Source: Epithemia pelagica (Eukaryota; Protista; Bacillariophyta). Taken from it: DNA of 64,000 nucleotides. Position numbers and translations under genes: made by a program. The stretch lies in contig OX337229.1 in NCBI GenBank assembly GCA_946965045.2, positions 2,790,001 to 2,854,000 of the forward strand. The letters run 5' to 3'. A model generated the notes under the pieces. The model was not told the DNA's origin. It was given only the letters and a program-made list of their open reading frames with translations, and searched no databases. Positions 55,030 through 64,000 of this stretch are shown one piece after another (the stretch's first letter is position 1; each line of letters starts with the position of its first letter).

Positions 55030-56914
55030 CGAGCTCCATCAATCGATATGTTGGCGCTCAGTTTCCCGTGCTTCACCTCGGTGAAACTTCCGGCCCTACG
55101 AGATTCACTTCACCATACATTTTCCTAAAGTAAAATGAATTGCCCCACATCTCTCGTACCTCGTACCTCGCACTCCCACCGATGAACCTTTCACCATGAC
55201 GTGGAGGCGCTTCCCCTTTCTGTACGAGAATTAAAAGTACTAGGACTACGAGTAGATCAAACTGTACAAACGGCTTCCTAATGATAAGCCTATCTTAGGT
55301 TGCCACCATCACTGCTGTTTGTTGTCCTCGTTGTTATAGGGGATTGGTTCACTCGGCCGAAACGAGGAGTTCGTTGTTGCGTTTGGTGTCGTTGTCGCGG
55401 CACAGGGTTGTCTCGTTCGGCCAAAACAAGGCGTTGATTGTTTCGTTTCTTGCAGAACCGTAGAAATGAAAGAAACAGAGGTGCCCATGCCATCCTGAGA
55501 GCGAGAGAGGACGGAGACTTCGAGTCAGACGGAGAAGTAGAAACAGACGATGAACTATAGTTTGATTGTTGCATGTTGTCTTCATTGCCTTGTTGTATCT
55601 AGTTGTCGATTGTTGCGATCGTTGTGGTTGTCGTGGAAAGTTTTGTTTGCTTGATGGCTGCGACTGTTGCTGTTGTCGAACCAAGGATTTGATTGTAGTA
55701 GTTGATTGTTGTGTTCGTCATGTCTCTTCTATTTGATTGTTGCCCTAATCAATGCGAGTTTTCGATTCGCTGAGGCCGTGAGAAAGATGGAGTTGATTGT
55801 CGCGTGTTGTTATCGTTGTTGTCGTCGGCGCGTGTTGTCGGTGGTGTCGCCGAGTGTTTCGTTCGGTGACAGCAAGTAGTTGATTGTTGCATTGGGGTTG
55901 TCGAGAGTGTCGTGCGGCGGCAGCGAGTAGTTGATTGTCGCGTTGTCGCATGTCATTGTCGTCGTTGCCGCTTGTCGTTGTTGCCGCTTGCTGTCTTGTC
56001 GCATGTCGTTGTCGTCGCATTTCGTTGTCGCCGCTTGCTGTAGGGCACAGCCGGAACGATGAGTCAATTGTTGAGTATGGTGTTGTTGTGATGGTCGCCA
56101 CTCGTTGTCGCTGTCGTTGACACCGCTCGTTGTTGCTGTCGCTACTTGTTGTTTCCGCTTTGCCTCGTTTGGGCTGTAGAACTGTGGAACCAAAAGAAAC
56201 ATAGCGCATTTGATTGTTGCGTTGTTGTTTGGTGTCGTTGTTGTGCCACAAAGTTTTCCGAACACAAGGGAGAAGGAGAAGGACGACCACTTGGTCGGAT
56301 AGCCGCCACCGCAGCTTCGTGGCATCCACTCCTGGATTGACTTGATGTTGCATCCATATTGCTTGTTCTTGTTGTTGCTTTTAGAGAGCTTGTGTAAGGG
56401 GTTGCTTGTTGTTGTCGTTCCTTGGAAGCCAGAGTTTGTTTTTGTTGTTGTTGTTATTGTCGAAACGATCCGTCTGATTGCTGTGAGCGGTTTTCGCGAC
56501 TCTGACATGCCTCAATGAGCTATATCAAAGCTTCCAATGTCCTCCCACCCCGCAATCTTCGTTCATCCCATCATCATTTGACTCCAATCGTTGTCATCTC
56601 CTTGCTTCCTTCCAGCCCAAAATATGTAAGACTTCAGAACCTTGCCGTAGGTCCATCAAACAACCCAACTCATCTCCGCCCTTTTCACCCTTCACGGTAC
56701 ACATGAAGATCAAGCTTCCTGGATGGTCGGCGGAGTGCTAGCACCTTTCGTTGGAGGTGCACAGCGGTTCTTGTTGTCCATGGTGGTGTTATGCAGTGCA
56801 AAATGACCGTTGTGCTCTTCCTACGAAGCTAGAATCACTATAGAGAAAACAGAAACAGTGGGGGCCTGAAAAGCACGGGCAACTGAGCGCCAACATATCG
56901 ATTTATGGAGCTCG
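55030..56914. mobile_element. Non-autonomous TIR element B (1885 bp), 44-bp TIRs, TA flanks
   Basis: TA|CGAGCTCCATCAATCGATATGTTGGCGCTCAGTTTCCCGTGCTT (55030-55073) versus the reverse complement of 56871-56914|TA: 2 mismatches in 44. Interior is homologous to element A. Confidence 0.85.
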
Positions 56915-57175
56915 TATGTATACTACACTATCTGCCATATTGATGTTTTCCCGAGAACCCAGATGACCCCCAGCTTCCGGAAGATTGGATTTGGATTTTC
57001 GATCGCAAAAAAATGTTATCCACCAACCAGATGACAAAAGCGAAAGGTTGGTGTTGCCTTTAATCACATCAGTTCACTTGCTTTCCTGTCGGTGGATCAA
57101 CCCCTCTGTTGAAACTTCATCTTATCAAGCAGCCGCCGCCAAGGGAATGAGAATCTCTTGGTGGGATACCGAAAG

Positions 57176-58839
57176 ATGCCCACCTACAATGAGTGCATGA
57201 TCGCAGCAAGTGGAAATGAAAGCCATGCACTACTGCTACAGTGTATGACCAATTCTTTCCAGGCAACGCAACAAAACAAGGATGAAGATTTTTTGTCTTG
57301 GCTCTTGGTCATATGCGGCTCTCTTGTTTTCTTCATGCAGGTAAGCACGCACAATTCCACATACGACAAGTGTGTCTATGCAACATTTTATTAACCATCT
57401 GTATTCCTGGTCGAATTGAAGGTGGGATTTGCAATGCTTTGTGCAGGATGCGTGCGTAAGAAGAATGTCCAGAACACCATGTTGAAGAATTTGCTCGATG
57501 CCTGTGGAGCGGCAGTTGCTTTTTTCTCTGTCGGATTTGCCTTTGCTTTTGGAGGACAAGACGACACCGATGATATCACATTTATAGGAACCACAAATTT
57601 CTTCGCAATGGGTCAGGTGGACATGGGATTCTGGTTCTTCCAGTTTGCCTTCAGTGCAACAGCTGTCACAATCGTGGCGGGAACTTTGGCCGAACGTTGT
57701 CAAATGGCCGCGTATCTGTGCTACTCCATTTTCCTCACAGGATTTGTTTATCCTGTAGTGGCCCACACTATATGGAGCAACAATGGTTTTCTTAGTACAT
57801 TTGCAAAAGATCCCTTCCGCGGAGTTGGAGTTGTTGATTTTGCAGGTTCAGGTGTGGTTCACATTACTGGAGGTTGCACTGCCCTAATTGCCACATATAT
57901 ACTTGGAGCTAGAAAGGGCCGTTTCCATGACAATCGTGGGCGTCTCTTGCCGATCCCTAGAAAGCTTCATGGTCATTCCATCGCACTGCAGCTCATGGGA
58001 ACAATGGTTTTGTGGTTTGGGTGTGAGTATTTCTGTTCATGACCGACTCGCACTCTCTCGAATGCTTGCTCAGAACTCACCATCTTGTCCTCAATCACGT
58101 AGGGTATGGCTTTAATCCAGGATCTGCCCTGTTTCTCACTGTTGAAAATACTGGACGGGTGGCAGCCCGCGCGGCTGTGAACACATCGCTCGCGGCTGCT
58201 GGAGGCGGATGTATGGCTCTCTTCATGAACATGCTGCTCCAGGAGCGGAGGACTGGGGAATATAAATTCGACCTTCCTTCTGCAATGAATGGGGCATTGA
58301 GTGGATTGGTTGCGGTCACGGCACCATGTGGAACAATAGAGAACTGGGCAGCTTTATTTGTCGGGTGCATTGCCGGGCTTTTGTACCTTGGCGGCTCCGA
58401 AACTCTCGTCAAATTCCGATTGGATGATGCTGTCGATGCTATCCCCGTTCATATGATGAATGGCATCTGGGGTATGCTAGCGTCGGGTTTATTTAGTTCA
58501 CCGTCGGCTCTTATGGAAGCATTTGGTCATGACGAGCATGTGGGATGGTTCTACTCACTTGGACGAGGATCCGTTGACGGCGTTCTTATTGGGAACCAGA
58601 TTTTGGCTTGCTTGTTTATTTTGACATGGGTAACGTGTACGATGTTTCCTTTCTTTCTGTGCCTGAACGCCATGGGGTGGTTCCGTGCGGATTCTCTTGA
58701 TGAACTCGTAGGCTTGGACCTATCCTATATGGGACATAAGCACGTCAACCAGGTTGATGACATACTTGAGATGACCGGTGACAATGACGCAGCAAGCCAT
58801 CATATAGCTCCACGGAGTCCACCCAAGAACAGAATTTAA
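57176..58839 (+). CDS. AMT1: Ammonium transporter (AMT1 family), copy 1; introns 57341-57421 and 58023-58102
   Basis: FFMQ|VGFAMLCAG, FFQFAF, VVDFAGSGVVH, LWFGWYGFNPGS, MNGALSGLVAVT, DDAVDAIPVH; twin His present. Confidence 0.95.
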
Positions 58840-59453
58840 GCCCACCCTGACCATGATCATCAATGCGAAAAGACACAACATACTCAGCTCCGACGTCGCT
58901 AAACTCGCTAAAATAAATATCATGCTATTTCAAACAAGAGAAACTTGCACAAACCATTCGTCGTGTAGGTTCATCTCTCCTTGCTCCTTGTGCTATTTGA
59001 ATTTTGTGTTTCATTTTTTGTGTCTCGGGTCTCGGGCTTTCGGTGATATTATTTTGTAATTTGTGAGGACGATGGACGATGCGTCAAAGATAATATATCG
59101 TAATTGTTTCTTCATGGGCTAGTTTTGTTGCTCTCAAAACTCGGGTGGAAGTTGGTTGGGGATTCCCCTTGATTCCTGATAGCATGTCCACTATAGTGAC
59201 AAAGTGTATGGGAGACATCGAGACATTAGGTACACTACTGTACGAGTGCGAGTACGAGTATGAGTACGAGAAACGAGAACGGCAAACCTCTCGAGATTTC
59301 GAATTTCGAAGGAGCTCTTACCTCTTACTCACAGACACAAGTTTTTCGTTTTTGTTCTATCTTGTGCTCTTGGAACTCTCATAGCCGTAGCTGTTGATAG
59401 GAGAAGGGTGTTTGGAGAAACCGATCGAATCGAAGACTCCATTGTTCGAAACG

Positions 59454-61154
59454 ATGTCGAGCTTGTACGAAACATGCGCTTACGAAACTGAAGGAGGAGG
59501 CTCCGACTTGCTTATACAATGTATAGCTGAAGGACTCGAAAAATCAAGCGCTGAGAGTACCAGCAGCTACCTATCGTGGCTGTTGGTACTGTGTGGTGCT
59601 CTCATTTTCTTCATGCAGGTGGGTCCGCGCAAATCTATAGAGTAGAGGGGGCGCCGTAGCAGACAAAAATGGATCTCAATCTCAACACTTTCGTTTCAGG
59701 CTGGTTTTGCTATGCTATGTGCAGGATGTGTGAGAAAGAAAAACGTGCAAAATAGCATGCTCAAAAACTTACTCGATGCATGTGGTGCTGCTGTTGCATT
59801 CTTTACAGTTGGTTTCGCGTTTGCTTTTGGAGAAACCGACTCGTCAGGCTTCACATTTATTGGGAAAAGAAATTTTTTCTCGACGGGCGATGTCGATCAA
59901 GGATTCTGGTTTTTTCAATTTGCATTCAGTGCCTCTGCCGTGACGATTGTGGCTGGAACACTGGCGGAACGTTGTCAAATGGCAGCCTATCTTTTTTATT
60001 CTCTGTTTCTTACTGGATTTGTTTACCCCGTCGTTGCGCATGCCATCTGGAGCAACAATGGATTCTTAAGTGCGTTTGCGAATGATCCTTTCCGTGGAAT
60101 CGGGACCATTGATTTCGCCGGTTCTGGTGTTGTTCATACCACTGGTGGAACAACGTCACTGATTGCCACTTATATTTTGGGAGCCCGGAAGGGTCGTTTC
60201 CATGACAATCGAGGCCGTCTCTTGCCAACCCCACGCACCATTCATGGTCATTCAATGGCACTGCAACTCATGGGCACTATGGTTCTCTGGTTTGGATGTG
60301 AGTAATGCAACAGCGTTTCTACCCCGGTTTGTATCAAGGATGTGATTCTGATTGATTGTGCTCTTTCCTTGTTAGGGTACGGCTTCAACAGTGGGTCAGC
60401 CTTGTTACTATCTGTTGAAGACACTGGGAAGGTCGCAGCTCTAGCTGCGGTGAACACTTCGCTTGCCGCTGCTTCCGGTTGCTTCTCGTCGCTCGTCACG
60501 CACCTATTTTTGGAAGAAAGGCGCACAGGGGAGATCAAATTTGATCTTGGTAAGGCTATGAATGGCGCTCTTGGTGCCCTGGTGGCGATCACGGCTCCTT
60601 GTGGAACCGTTGAAAACTGGGCGGCAGTCGCAATCGGCTCTGTGGCTGGACTTCTTTACTTGTCTGCCTCCTCGACATTGGTTTACTTTCGTCTTGATGA
60701 TGCGGTTGATGCTATACCTGTTCATCTAGCAAACGGTATTTGGGGAATGATCGCAACAGGCCTTTTCACTTCTCCTGGAAGACTCCTCGATGCGTATGAT
60801 ACAGATGAACATGTGGGCTGGTTCTACGAGCTTGGACGAGGGTCTACTAGTGCAACTCTTTTGGGAAATCAAGTATTGGCGGTCTTGTTTGTACTTGGAT
60901 GGGTAATCTCTACTATGTTACCCTTTTTCTTATGGCTGAACTACATGGGATGGTTCCGTGCTGGTTCGCTTGAAGAGTTGGTGGGCTTGGACCATTCTTA
61001 CATGAGGGACCGGCCAACGTATCTTGAACACGAGGGTGATGGATTTTCTGACGTTGGGGCCGAACCTCGCCAGGAAGCTCCTAAATCTCGTTTCCCCCCT
61101 GAAACGAGTGCAAGTGATAGCGATCAAGAGAAGGTTCATCCGCCCGATGAGTGA
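59454..61154 (+). CDS. AMT1: Ammonium transporter (AMT1 family), copy 2; introns 59619-59699 and 60298-60375
   Basis: Same motifs and same intron positions as copy 1. Confidence 0.95.
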
Positions 61155-61341
61155 AGACCCTGAAACTGAAGGTTGATTGGCAGGGAAGAAGCGGTGGGCG
61201 TTCGTGCTTCTTCCAGTTTTGACGGGTATTGCATACGTAGATGTTTTGTTTATCCTTGGAGAAAGAAACAGATTTTTGAAACCAACTTCGATCGGGGAAA
61301 ATTATGAGTTAACTTTAGCAGTTTTCGTACATGATGAGATA

Positions 61342-64000
61342 TCATTTGAGCCCCCCAAAAACTGCCTTTGGTATGGCCTTGGTCTCAACGCCCTGGACCG
61401 CGATGTCGTCCTCAGAAGGTCGTTTGTCCTTATTGTCCTCGTCTTCTTCCCGTTCTGGTGGCGAGTCGCCTTCAGTCGGTAGGAAGCTGGACGCCGCAGC
61501 TTCTTCAATTTCCGCGTCAATATCGTCAATATTGATTTCTTCGTCGTTGTCATTCTCCCTGTGCTCATCGTGCTTTGATTCATCATGTTGGCTTGCAGTC
61601 ATCTTGCGCAGCTGGGCTACACGCGCCTCAACATCGTCCAAATTGGCTTCTCTGGCGCTTCTCTTATTGGAGTTATCCATCCCAGTGCTAGGTACAAATC
61701 CTAACATTGTTGTACTCTGCGGTTGGTCGGACTTGGAGGATGGCAGCTGTTCAACACCCTCTTGGTCCGCTAGCATTTTCATGGCCTGTTCATCCGTCAA
61801 ATTATCAAGTTGTTCATTGAGTCCACTAGCATTGTAATTTATCGTGGAGAAAATCGCTTCAACGCTTCGTTTTACTCGGAGCATTTCTCGAAAGGTCTCT
61901 TCGTTACCATTCGCAATCTCAAAGTCGTTCCAACCTTTCCAATATTCTGGTAACCGCCGTGGATCGGCCATCTGTGCGCCATAAGTGAAAATCGCTCTAG
62001 CGCGTTCCGTCTCCTGTAGGGATGTTTCCATGCGTGCAAAGTCGAGACATATTTGGGCAGCCTCTTGATCTTTTAAAACATCGATCGCCTCATGGAAGAT
62101 ATCCCGAGTGGCCACGGCACCAAGGTACATGGTGGTTTTGGCAATGAAGAGTCTGTAAGCAACCAATTTTTCGGACTTGGTCAATTTCCGACACATTGCC
62201 TGGTAAACGGACAAGGCCCGCTTCGCTAGACTGTATGCTTCTTCGAACTCCCCGTTCATTAGAAAGAACTCCGCACTATCTTCAGCTGGACAATCGTAAA
62301 GACATCTTTGAAACAAGTCCCTTGTTCTCTCAACCTTGCTTCCCTTATACCGATTCGTGAACGATGTCAAGTATGCTTTCCATAATACTTTGGCACCCAC
62401 GTGTGGAAAGGCGAATAGCTCAATCCCTTTCTCGTATGCGGCAAAGGATTCTTCAAAATACTGTCGATCGGTCAAAAAGGACGCAAAATTCAATACATGC
62501 TGTACAGTCGCCGCCTTGATTTCCATAACTCGCCGATAAGCGTCTTTGGAGGTTTGTACGGTTCCCAGGCTTTCCTCTAAATCTAATAACAAATCCCACA
62601 ACCGAACAGACTTCGTCAGGTTCAGCTTTTTCGGGCCCACACCTGGAGCGACGGACTGTCGTGCCAAGGACAAAGCTTCATCCCATTCTTCCTGTCGCAA
62701 GGTCAACTCTATCCATGCCGCCCAGCATTCTGCCAAGCCGTCAGGTTTGGCAAAATTGTATTCAAGCTTCCGACATATGCGGTCAAACAAATTTTGAGCC
62801 TTTTCTACATCACTCGAGGATTCTTCATATATGAGTGCCAACTTCAACACCATTTCGTAAGGTCGACCATTCACACAGCGATGAGCACTTTTTGAAGTAG
62901 TCTGTAATGCATCTTCAAGTGCATTGGCTGCTTGTACTGGGAGGTCCAATTCTAAATAGAGGTCTGCTCTTTGCAGCCAATCACCGACACTCAGGGGATT
63001 TTGACGTAACACAACAGCATTGAGCAGCAGGGCTCGACGACTCGTTAAATGTTCCGCTCTTGCCAGAGCCAACTCCATATCGGAAACTTTGCTACTAGCT
63101 GCGTCACCCAACAGAATGTCCATATCATCGACATGCTCGGCACCCCCCTCCGTGCCATTGCCGTCCCCTTCGGCTTGTTCCAGCGCCAATGTGGCGGCCT
63201 CTAACAAACCCTCTTCAAATTCCAGATAGGCGTCATAAAGAACGGAAAAATCTCGGACAGTTTTTACAGTATGCAAGCCTTCTTCATAGACACTTCGAGC
63301 GATGTCGAATGATCCTCGTCGAATCCAGGAATCCGCGAGCTGTGTCCATAAGATTCCTTCCAACAGTGACGAGGAGGATGCCGTGGCAGAAGTGGCTGCA
63401 TCCTCCTTTTGACGCTCACGTCTAAGGACCGCACGAAGGATGGGTTCCCAAGTGACACCTGATTCCTCAACTTGTTCGGGATGTTGCGTGCACAATTCCG
63501 AAAAGGCTTGCCAATAGGCATCTCTTGTGTCCGAGGAGGACGCATCGGTAGTGTTGGAGGTGGCGGCAGTCGTCAAATTCAGCAGTTGCTGGTATTGTAC
63601 TGCCGCCTCTCCCCATTTCTCGTGACGAATCAAAAACTCGGCAAAATCACTTTTGTACAATGGATTGAATTGACAATAACTTCGCAGTACACGAACGCGA
63701 GATTCCAATGGTATCACCCATCTTGGTTCCTGCCTCGAGGCTTTGGTGGCCGCTGCCGTTATCAAGGACGATGGTCCTTGGTCCGTTGATTCTTGTAAAG
63801 ATGAGTCAGACTGTTGTGGTTCATCAGGTGAATGAATCCATTCTAAAATAGAGGGCCAAATCTTTTCGTGTTGCGTCACGGCCAAGGATTCCAACGCTCG
63901 GTTGATGCTTCGTCGGACCGTGGACAAGGATAAACAGCCAGGATGAGATTGGACAAAGGTAAAATAGGCAATCCAGACTCGTGGATATGCCGAAAGCGTC
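61342..64000 (-). CDS. SYF1: Pre-mRNA splicing factor SYF1/XAB2 (HAT repeats), 5' end beyond the window
   Basis: The frame stays open to the window edge (AYPRVWIAY...TVRRSINRAL). Also KSVRLWDLLLDLEESLGT, YEKGIELFAFPH, ERTRDLFQRCL, ERARAIFTYG, HGN-like NGNEETFREMLRVKRSV. Confidence 0.93.
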   Translation of the reverse strand, partial: TLSAYPRVWIAYFTFVQSHPGCLSLSTVRRSINRALESLAVTQHEKIWPSILEWIHSPDEPQQSDSSLQESTDQGPSSLITAAATKASRQEPRWVIPLESRVRVLRSYCQFNPLYKSDFAEFLIRHEKWGEAAVQYQQLLNLTTAATSNTTDASSSDTRDAYWQAFSELCTQHPEQVEESGVTWEPILRAVLRRERQKEDAATSATASSSSLLEGILWTQLADSWIRRGSFDIARSVYEEGLHTVKTVRDFSVLYDAYLEFEEGLLEAATLALEQAEGDGNGTEGGAEHVDDMDILLGDAASSKVSDMELALARAEHLTSRRALLLNAVVLRQNPLSVGDWLQRADLYLELDLPVQAANALEDALQTTSKSAHRCVNGRPYEMVLKLALIYEESSSDVEKAQNLFDRICRKLEYNFAKPDGLAECWAAWIELTLRQEEWDEALSLARQSVAPGVGPKKLNLTKSVRLWDLLLDLEESLGTVQTSKDAYRRVMEIKAATVQHVLNFASFLTDRQYFEESFAAYEKGIELFAFPHVGAKVLWKAYLTSFTNRYKGSKVERTRDLFQRCLYDCPAEDSAEFFLMNGEFEEAYSLAKRALSVYQAMCRKLTKSEKLVAYRLFIAKTTMYLGAVATRDIFHEAIDVLKDQEAAQICLDFARMETSLQETERARAIFTYGAQMADPRRLPEYWKGWNDFEIANGNEETFREMLRVKRSVEAIFSTINYNASGLNEQLDNLTDEQAMKMLADQEGVEQLPSSKSDQPQSTTMLGFVPSTGMDNSNKRSAREANLDDVEARVAQLRKMTASQHDESKHDEHRENDNDEEINIDDIDAEIEEAAASSFLPTEGDSPPEREEDEDNKDKRPSEDDIAVQGVETKAIPKAVFGGLK

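Noticed and set aside
55745-56508. 202-aa and 232-aa minus-strand ORFs as a transposase
   Set aside because: T/N/Q/R-rich translation of a (CAA)-rich low-complexity tract; no DDE/D or HTH motifs.
11986-63789. Numerous antisense or alternate-frame ORFs of 60-240 aa overlapping the called genes
   Set aside because: Shadow ORFs expected at this GC content; no independent motifs or splice support.

Overview
Gene-dense eukaryotic DNA with short GT-AG introns, most likely from a pennate diatom (CoDi-like Ty1/copia element, ASAFAP-type plastid presequence, algal-type gene set; species not determined). Host genes: partial secreted protein, two low-complexity orphans, homocysteine S-methyltransferase, tRNA-Glu(TTC), WDR83-like WD40, ISWI remodeler with extra HMG/CXXC-like/WHD-like domains, two-pore K+ channel, O-fucosyltransferase-like GT, PA-RING E3, globin, E2 enzyme, plastid NifU_C-like protein, strictosidine-synthase-like protein, condensin CAP-H, two tandem ammonium transporters and SYF1. 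There are three mobile-DNA zones. (1) A tyrosine-recombinase (DIRS/Ngaro-like) retrotransposon at about 2.5-9.8 kb. (2) A 5'-truncated CRE-like RLE non-LTR element at 38.9-41.5 kb. (3) A nested island at 46.2-56.9 kb: a young copia with identical 268-bp LTRs and a TGAGT TSD inside one of two related TA-flanked TIR elements that have different TIRs. The most striking unexplained signal is a family of small (about 300-385 nt) non-coding modules on both sides of the YR element: a head-to-tail dimer at 1325-2089 and a monomer at about 10683-10990. They share little primary sequence but fold by eye into the same long rod of short helices separated by 5x5 or 8x8 tandem-GA internal loops, closed by TACTT...AAGTA. 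The dimer has AGTA at all three junctions, as expected for integration of a circular or multimeric intermediate. All structures were derived by manual pairing; no folding or database search was run.
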